Positions 58,054-64,000 of a DNA stretch of 64,000 nt are shown in pieces; within the stretch, counting starts at the first letter, position 1; the number at the start of each line of letters is the position of its first letter. This stretch comes from Pseudomonadales bacterium (GTDB lineage Bacteria > Pseudomonadota > Gammaproteobacteria > Pseudomonadales > JAHRWD01), in contig JAHRWD010000014.1 in assembly GCA_019090315.1 (NCBI GenBank), forward strand, positions 66,011 through 130,010. The letters are read 5' to 3'. The position numbers were made by a program, and so were the translations under genes. Under the pieces are notes generated by a model, which was not told the origin of the DNA, searched no databases, and was given only the letters and a program-made list of their open reading frames with translations.

Positions 58054-58605
58054 TTATTCAGCAATCTGTGCTTCGACACGACGATTCTTTGCCCAGGAAC
58101 TCTCATCATGACCCATCATTACTGGCTTTTCTTCGCCGTAACTAACAGTTTCAAGCTGTGCTCGATATGCACCCTGGAGCAACAGGTAGTTTTCAACTGC
58201 TTTTGCTCGTCGTTCACCAAGCGCCATATTGTATTCACGAGTACCGCGCTCATCGGCATGTCCACCAAGTGCAACGGAACGAGCCCGGTTCTGCTCCAGG
58301 TATTTTGCTAGCAGATCCAACGCTTCGGTTGAATCAGATCTAATCACTGCAGAATCAAAATCAAAGTAGTAAACCTTAGTAAGCTGAACCGCCATAACAG
58401 CGATATCTTCATCAGCGGCTGCATTTGTGACTGCAGAACCTTTTACATCACTGCTGGAATCATAAGCAGAGGTGGTTGCGCCTGTAGCACTAGCACCCGC
58501 TGAACTGCTGCCAGTATCCTTGGTATCTCCAGTGGAGCCACAAGCTGCCAGTACTACGACCAGTGCAGAGATCATTCCGAATCGAACTAATGTGGTTGGT
58601 TGCAT
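58054..58605 (-). CDS. pal: peptidoglycan-associated lipoprotein
   Basis: Has the lipobox LAAC and an OmpA-like domain (GHADERGTREYNMALGERRA). The ATG at 58605 is preceded by agagga. Confidence 0.9.
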   Translation of the reverse strand: MQPTTLVRFGMISALVVVLAACGSTGDTKDTGSSSAGASATGATTSAYDSSSDVKGSAVTNAAADEDIAVMAVQLTKVYYFDFDSAVIRSDSTEALDLLAKYLEQNRARSVALGGHADERGTREYNMALGERRAKAVENYLLLQGAYRAQLETVSYGEEKPVMMGHDESSWAKNRRVEAQIAE

Positions 58606-58824
58606 TGTAATTTCTATCCTCTTGAATATTGGCGTCAAAAAACTATTTTTGATCGCTTTGTGCGACCAATGCGGCTCCGCCAATCCCATCAACGGAGTAC
58701 ATCCCTATTGTGAACGGAATCGAATCCGTTTAAAACCGTTTTCCGATAAAATTGATGTAATCTGAGATTTTCCTGCTATATAAAGGAAAAAAATGGAAAT
58801 ACTCCAAACTACCCATCAAACTGG

Positions 58825-60156
58825 TTAACGCTGGATTACTGGCGACCAGGCTGGTTCACGAACATTCCCTTTAGAGGAAGGCAGGCGCATCTTCACCGCA
58901 CCATCAACCGATACCGCTGCCAGAATCCCCCGATCACCAAGCTGGGTGGCATACACAACCATCGTACCATTTGGCGAGATACTCGGTGATTCGTCGAGAT
59001 AGGTTTCCGTCAACACTCTCACCACACCACGTTTCAGGTCTTGAACTGCAATATGAAAAACCCCGTGGTTTCGATGAACCATAACCAGATAGCGTCCATT
59101 CGGGGTCACCTGCGCCCGGGCATTGTAATCGCCTTCAAATGTCAGGCGCTCAACCTCACCGCTGGCAATTTCCAGTTTATAGATTTGCGGCTTTCCACCC
59201 CGGTTAGAGGTAAATATCAGTGATTTTCCGTCTGGAAGCCAGCGGGGTTCGGTGTCAATTGCGAAATGATTAGTGATGCGAGTAAGTTTTTTGGTCGCAA
59301 TTTCGACCGTATAGATTTCAGGATTTCCATCCTTTGATAACACCACCGCAAGGTGCTTACCATCTGGTGACCAGTCTGGAGCGCCATTCAACCCTTTAAA
59401 GGCACTAATAAGCGTACGGTTTCCAGATCTCAACTCCTGGATATATATGGCCGGACGATTTGATTCAAAAGAGACGTAAGCAATATGACCTCCATCAGCG
59501 GACCAACTGGGCGAGAGGATCGGCTCCGCCGAGCGCAGTAAATTACGCGCCCTGTGACCATCCGCATCAGCCACTTCAAGTCGATATTCACTGGCCATTT
59601 TACCGGCTACTTTTAGCCTGTTTTCTGTGACATAAACAATTCGGGTAGAAAAATTACCGGGAATACCGGTGATCTTTTCGTAAACCTTATCGCTAATTGC
59701 ATGGCCGATACTTCTGAGCCCTTTTTCGGAAGCTGTAAAATCCCCAGATACCACAAGTTTTCCGGATGGTACATTGTAGAGCTCATAAACAACCCGATGG
59801 CGTTTATTAGCGGCATCAGTTTCAACGTGCCCTATCAACAGATACTCAGCACCCAACATCCGCCAATCGCGAAAATGAACCTCTTTCGCATAGTGTGGAA
59901 AGCTAAGCATATTCTGTCGTGGCATCGCCGCAAACTGGCCGCTGCGGTATAGATCTTCCGAGACGATTTCTGCCAGATCCTCCGGTGCCATCTTATTGCC
60001 CGGCCACTCAAACGGCGCTACCGCAATCGAAACCGGATTGTCCTGCCCCTGGGTAATCTCGATGGTGAGCTCAGCAACCGTTACCTGAGAAACAAGCAAC
60101 AACACAAGCCAACAGCAGCTAACCGCACGACGCATACAACGCACTCCTTTGCTCAT
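58825..60156 (-). CDS. tolB: Tol-Pal system beta-propeller protein TolB
   Basis: Contains PD40 repeats (SPSWSADGGHIAYVS, APDWSPDGKHLAVV, EPRWLPDGKSLIFTS) and overlaps the tolA stop by 4 nt. Confidence 0.9.
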   Translation of the reverse strand: MSKGVRCMRRAVSCCWLVLLLVSQVTVAELTIEITQGQDNPVSIAVAPFEWPGNKMAPEDLAEIVSEDLYRSGQFAAMPRQNMLSFPHYAKEVHFRDWRMLGAEYLLIGHVETDAANKRHRVVYELYNVPSGKLVVSGDFTASEKGLRSIGHAISDKVYEKITGIPGNFSTRIVYVTENRLKVAGKMASEYRLEVADADGHRARNLLRSAEPILSPSWSADGGHIAYVSFESNRPAIYIQELRSGNRTLISAFKGLNGAPDWSPDGKHLAVVLSKDGNPEIYTVEIATKKLTRITNHFAIDTEPRWLPDGKSLIFTSNRGGKPQIYKLEIASGEVERLTFEGDYNARAQVTPNGRYLVMVHRNHGVFHIAVQDLKRGVVRVLTETYLDESPSISPNGTMVVYATQLGDRGILAAVSVDGAVKMRLPSSKGNVREPAWSPVIQR

Positions 60157-60884
60157 CGACTCAATCCTTCTGCTCTAAACGACAGTGTAAACTTACGAAA
60201 ATTTCGATCAAACAACTCATATTCCTCGGGGACTTCAAATTTTTCTACTTTGCGAACCGCATTAACGGCGGATGTATCGTAAGCATCATTTCCGCTTCGT
60301 TTAATCACCTGCACATCGATCAGCTCACCACTGGGCACCAGCTGAATGCTTATTGACACCTCCATTCCATTTCTGGCGCTGGGGGGCCGTGACCACTTGC
60401 TTTCAATATCTGAACGAATCTGCTGAACATAGGACTGAACCTGTTGCTGCTCCAGTGCCAGTTTTTTCTGCTGTTCCTCCTCTGCCAATGAGTCCGCCAA
60501 CTCCTGTAATCGTTTTTGCTCTGCAAGTTTTTCCTCATCCACTTTTGGCTTCAGTGGTTCTTTTTTTGCCGGTGTCGCTTTTTTTGTGACGGCTGGTTTC
60601 GTCACCTTTTTAGGTAGCGGCTTTTTTTTCACAGGTTTAACTTTTGGCGTTTTTTTAACGGGTGGTTTCTTGACCGTGGCTTTCTTCGGTTTTTTAACCG
60701 GCTTTACCTTTGCAGGTTTCGGCTTAAGCTCAACCACCTTAGCCTGAATATGTCGTGGAACCACAACAGGCTTATATTCGACTGATGCATCCCAACCCAT
60801 CAGCAACAATGAGATCACCAGCAGGTGCAGAACACAGGCAACCAGTATTGGTATGAGCCAGCCACGCATAGAAGGCACAGTCAA
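60153..60884 (-). CDS. tolA: Tol-Pal system protein TolA
   Basis: Has an N-terminal TM helix, a long K/P/E-rich domain II and a C-terminal TolA/TonB-like domain. The start is uncertain (TTG at 60884 or ATG at 60869). Confidence 0.8.
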   Translation of the reverse strand: MTVPSMRGWLIPILVACVLHLLVISLLLMGWDASVEYKPVVVPRHIQAKVVELKPKPAKVKPVKKPKKATVKKPPVKKTPKVKPVKKKPLPKKVTKPAVTKKATPAKKEPLKPKVDEEKLAEQKRLQELADSLAEEEQQKKLALEQQQVQSYVQQIRSDIESKWSRPPSARNGMEVSISIQLVPSGELIDVQVIKRSGNDAYDTSAVNAVRKVEKFEVPEEYELFDRNFRKFTLSFRAEGLSR

Positions 60885-60930
60885 AATTCACCCATTAACA
60901 GGAACAGAGCAGCAACTACAAACACAATAG

Positions 60931-61353
60931 TTACTGTTCCGGCTCAGTGATCAGCCCAAGATTAGGCACGCCGGATTTTTGCAGCACTGCCATCAGCTCA
61001 ACCACGCGGCCATAGGCGATCGCCTTATCACCTCGAACCAGCACCTGGGTATTTGGTTTGGCCCGAATAATCTTGCTGACCTGCTCACCAATCGTGTCCA
61101 GCTTTACCGCTTTATCAACCTTGGCGCCAAGATTTATGTAATAGCTTCCATCGGCTTTAATCGAGACGACCAGCGCCTCTTTCTGATCTACCTTTACCGG
61201 CTCAGCGGTTAGTTTAGGCAGCTCAACCGAGATACCCTCCGTCAACATCGGTGCGGTGATCATAAACACCACCATCAGCACCAGCATCACGTCGATATAG
61301 GGAACGACATTGATCTCCGCCATTGGCTTACGTTTTTTTCGATGCCCCGCCAT
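60931..61353 (-). CDS. tolR: Tol-Pal system protein TolR (ExbD family)
   Basis: EINVVPYIDVMLVLMVVFMITAP follows the internal ATG at 61353, which is 4 nt after the tolQ stop. The longer ORF overlaps tolQ. Confidence 0.9.
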   Translation of the reverse strand: MAGHRKKRKPMAEINVVPYIDVMLVLMVVFMITAPMLTEGISVELPKLTAEPVKVDQKEALVVSIKADGSYYINLGAKVDKAVKLDTIGEQVSKIIRAKPNTQVLVRGDKAIAYGRVVELMAVLQKSGVPNLGLITEPEQ

Positions 61354-61357
61354 CTGA

Positions 61358-62062
61358 CTACCCCTGGCGCTCAGCTTCTTTTTTTGCTGCGCCCAAATGA
61401 GCCTGGCGGTGCAAAATGCTGGCAAACTCTTCACCGAAGGTTTCATAACCAGTGACCAGTGATTCGACTCGGGTGGCAAAATGGTTATAGGCAATCACTG
61501 CGGGAATCGCTGCAAACAAGCCCATTGCGGTAGCAATCAATGCCTCTGCAATTCCCGGGGCAACTACAGAAAGAGTCGCCTGATGGACATTTGCTAGCCC
61601 ACGAAACGAATTCATGATTCCCCACACGGTCCCGAATAGCCCGACATAAGGGCTGGCGGAAGCAACCGTGGCAAGAAACGGTAAATTAGTTTCCAGCATC
61701 TCCTCCTCTTTGGTAGTGGCTACCCGCATAGCCCGCTGCGCACCGGTCATAACCGCTTCCGCATCTGCGCCAACCTGTTGGCTTAGCCGACTAAACTCCT
61801 TGAATCCAGCGCGGAAAATACCTTCCAGGCCACCTATCTCAGTACCATCCGCCACTCTGACATTGCCCTCGCGGTAGAGGGTATTCAGATCAACCCCGGA
61901 CCAAAATTGATCTTCAAACACCTCCAGTTCAATTTTGGCATGGGATAAAATGGTCGCCCTTCGAACAATAAATACCCACGAGACTATCGAGGCAAGCAGC
62001 AACAAAAGCATGATTGCCTGAACCAGAATACTGGCGCCGGTAATTAAACTGAATATAGACAT
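61358..62062 (-). CDS. tolQ: Tol-Pal system protein TolQ (MotA/ExbB family)
   Basis: Has three TM helices and the conserved LATVASASPYVGLFGTVWGIM block. Confidence 0.9.
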   Translation of the reverse strand: MSIFSLITGASILVQAIMLLLLLASIVSWVFIVRRATILSHAKIELEVFEDQFWSGVDLNTLYREGNVRVADGTEIGGLEGIFRAGFKEFSRLSQQVGADAEAVMTGAQRAMRVATTKEEEMLETNLPFLATVASASPYVGLFGTVWGIMNSFRGLANVHQATLSVVAPGIAEALIATAMGLFAAIPAVIAYNHFATRVESLVTGYETFGEEFASILHRQAHLGAAKKEAERQG

Positions 62063-62105
62063 CTATTCTCCTATTGAACCGGTTTTTCCGGTTCTGTAGA
62101 TCTAC

Positions 62106-62528
62106 TTATAACTGATATGGTACTAATGCTGCGGTGATCATTTTAGGTACAGCGATTACTTTACGCGATGCAACCGATACCGACGCAACCTGCACATTTG
62201 CCTCACACAACAATGCCCCGACGCTATTTCCGCTGCCGGCTAAAAAAACCTTTTGGGAAAAAACCATACTGGCCGAACGTAACTCGCTGATCGCCGTTTT
62301 TATTATCACTTCATCATCCAGTTTGGCGGATGCACGATAGCGAATATCTAGTCCACGGATCATGAATAGCAGATCCTGATCCATCAATACCTTTTGCTCA
62401 AACCCTGATGCGCGAAGCAGCTCCGTACGCGCCCGCTCGATCCAACGCAGATAGTTGGCGTGATAAACCACGCCACCAAAATCCGTATCCTCGATGTAGA
62501 CCCTCAGCTTGGTAATAAATTCCGTCAT
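62106..62528 (-). CDS. ybgC: Tol-Pal-associated acyl-CoA thioesterase (hotdog fold)
   Basis: The N-terminus is VYIEDTDFGGVVYHANYLRW. It lies upstream of tolQ. Confidence 0.85.
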   Translation of the reverse strand: MTEFITKLRVYIEDTDFGGVVYHANYLRWIERARTELLRASGFEQKVLMDQDLLFMIRGLDIRYRASAKLDDEVIIKTAISELRSASMVFSQKVFLAGSGNSVGALLCEANVQVASVSVASRKVIAVPKMITAALVPYQL

Positions 62529-62564
62529 CTGTTTTTGACTACTTTGAACTGATTTTTATTGAAA

Positions 62565-63605
62565 CTAATCAGTTGACTGATTCGAGGGATGCTGCGCCGG
62601 TATATCCAGACCAAAATGCAGGTAGGCTTTTTGCGTCACCACCCTGCCCCTGGGAGTTCGCATGAGGTAACCCTGTTGAAGAAGATAAGGCTCCAGCACA
62701 TCTTCGATGGTATCTTTTTCTTCGCTAATCGAAGCAGCCATGGTATCGATACCCACCGGGCCACCATTAAAGTTGTTGATCATGGTGGTAAGTAGATGGC
62801 GATCAAGCTGATCAAAACCTACCGGATCGATACTCAGCATGTTCAATGCGGCATCGGCAATTTCAGCACTGATCGTACCATCGGATTTTACCTCGGCGTA
62901 ATCACGTACCCTTCGCAATAAACGGTTGGCAATACGCGGAGTTCCTCGGGAGCGTTTGGCAATTTCAGCCGCGCCGGTCGGGTCTATCTTCAAACCGAGA
63001 ATAGTCGCGGAGCGGGTGACAATGTGGCTCAGGTCTTCGAGATTATAAAACTCCAGCCGCTGCACGATTCCAAATCGATCCCGCAATGGTGAGGTCAATA
63101 ATCCAGCCCTAGTGGTCGCACCAACCAATGTAAAAGGCGGCAGATCCAGTTTTATCGAACGTGCAGACGGGCCTTCACCAATCATGATGTCGAGCTGGTA
63201 ATCCTCCATCGCCGGATAGAGCACCTCTTCAACCACAGGGCTGAGCCGATGAATCTCATCAATAAACAGTACATCCCGCGGTTCAAGATTGGTAAGCAAA
63301 GCTGCCAGGTCACCGGGGCGTTCCAGAATAGGCCCGGATGTCGCTTTAATATCCACACCCATCTCATTGGCGACGATATTCGCCAGCGTGGTTTTGCCTA
63401 ATCCCGGCGGGCCAAAAATCAGCGTGTGATCCAGCGCTTCACCCCGCGAGCGGCTGGCTTCAATAAAGATCTCCATCTGCTCACGGATTACCGGCTGACC
63501 GACATAATCGTTCAGGCTCAGTGGCCGAATAGCACGATCCTGCGCCTCTTCCCGAGCATTTTCGGAATCGAGCATTGGTGAGATCAGTCGGTCGGATTCA
63601 TTCAT
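62565..63605 (-). CDS. ruvB: Holliday junction branch-migration helicase RuvB
   Basis: Contains Walker [10 protein letters not shown], Walker [10 protein letters not shown], and the [16 protein letters not shown] arginine-finger region. Confidence 0.95.
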   Translation of the reverse strand: MNESDRLISPMLDSENAREEAQDRAIRPLSLNDYVGQPVIREQMEIFIEASRSRGEALDHTLIFGPPGLGKTTLANIVANEMGVDIKATSGPILERPGDLAALLTNLEPRDVLFIDEIHRLSPVVEEVLYPAMEDYQLDIMIGEGPSARSIKLDLPPFTLVGATTRAGLLTSPLRDRFGIVQRLEFYNLEDLSHIVTRSATILGLKIDPTGAAEIAKRSRGTPRIANRLLRRVRDYAEVKSDGTISAEIADAALNMLSIDPVGFDQLDRHLLTTMINNFNGGPVGIDTMAASISEEKDTIEDVLEPYLLQQGYLMRTPRGRVVTQKAYLHFGLDIPAQHPSNQSTD

Positions 63606-64000
63606 CCGGCTACCATACCTTTGAGGGCCAGACGGATCAATTGCTCACTGTTCATACCTTCCTGGGCCACTGCATTTATCGCCCTGTCTGCTTCTTTTTC
63701 TGAGTAACCCAACGAGATCAACGCACTTTCCGCTTCCTGTTTTTGTTGACGATCCGAAGGCGTGCTGCTGATAACCGGCTGAAGCAAGCTTGCGGTGGGA
63801 TCCGATATCTCCCAATCCTTGATCCGATCCCTCATCTCTACCAGCAATCGCTCAGCGGTTTTTTTACCGATGCCAGGAATCTTGGTCAGGGTTTTTATAT
63901 CATCGTGGGTGATACAGGCAGCAAATGCCGTCGCGTCGATACCAGAAAGAATAGCCAGTCCAACCTTGGGGCCAACGCCATTCACTTTTATCAAACTACG
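63602..64000 (-). CDS. ruvA: Holliday junction DNA helicase RuvA (partial, N-terminus outside window)
   Basis: Contains the HhH region [18 protein letters not shown]...[13 protein letters not shown] and the C-terminal domain III. It overlaps the ruvB start by 4 nt, and the frame is open to the window edge. Confidence 0.9.
   Translation of the reverse strand, partial: RSLIKVNGVGPKVGLAILSGIDATAFAACITHDDIKTLTKIPGIGKKTAERLLVEMRDRIKDWEISDPTASLLQPVISSTPSDRQQKQEAESALISLGYSEKEADRAINAVAQEGMNSEQLIRLALKGMVAG

Noticed and set aside
58606-58824. An unusually long tolB-pal spacer with a small hairpin (aacgga-atcgaa-tccgtt).
   Set aside because: The hairpin has only a 6-bp stem and no U-tract on the coding strand. 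I could not identify a small RNA or ORF. It probably harbours the internal pal promoter.
1-64000. A scan for tRNA, rRNA, tmRNA, toxin-antitoxin pairs, restriction-modification or other recognisable defence genes.
   Set aside because: I saw no cloverleaf-like conserved T-arm motifs, rRNA stretches or hallmark defence domains. Absence by eye is not proof, and tRNAscan, Infernal or a defence-finder would be needed.

Overview
The window looks like a chromosomal segment of a marine-type gammaproteobacterium. That is an inference from gene content and order: ruvAB-ybgC-tolQRAB-pal-cpoB-queEC, Pseudomonas-type nrdAB with long N-terminal extensions, metR/metE, and btuB behind a cobalamin riboswitch. 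I can support about 55 protein-coding genes, most of them recognisable housekeeping or envelope genes. I found no rRNA, tRNA, CRISPR array, integrase, transposase or recognisable defence gene. Supported non-coding elements are one cobalamin riboswitch, several rho-independent terminator hairpins, tandem NrdR-box-like palindromes, a MetR-type site, a 3-copy REP-like repeat cluster, and a 115-nt direct repeat.

The most interesting region is 7.9-20.0 kb. It holds nine consecutive exported proteins in two divergent operons. One operon encodes an HzsA-like PD40/heme-motif lipoprotein, two outer-membrane beta-barrels (one fused to an SH3 domain), a TlpA thioredoxin, DUF4266 and DUF3570. The other encodes a CxxCH protein, a lipoprotein with two CxxCH modules plus a LamG domain, and a Tat-exported DUF1501-like protein. 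These are planctomycete-type families with no assigned function, and together they form a candidate uncharacterised envelope redox or processing system.

Secondary points of interest:
- A 2.6-kb AT-rich islet is bracketed by a duplicated 5' end of a ROK kinase gene, leaving an orphan gene fragment and a frameshifted DUF3617 gene.
- A 1109-aa hyper-acidic lipoprotein contains an internal ~330-aa duplication.
- A LuxR-HTH/alpha-beta-hydrolase fusion regulator sits behind a perfect 9-N4-9 palindrome.
- An LpxH-like phosphoesterase gene overlaps a glycosyltransferase gene.

All family assignments come from motif reading and memory, not from searches.
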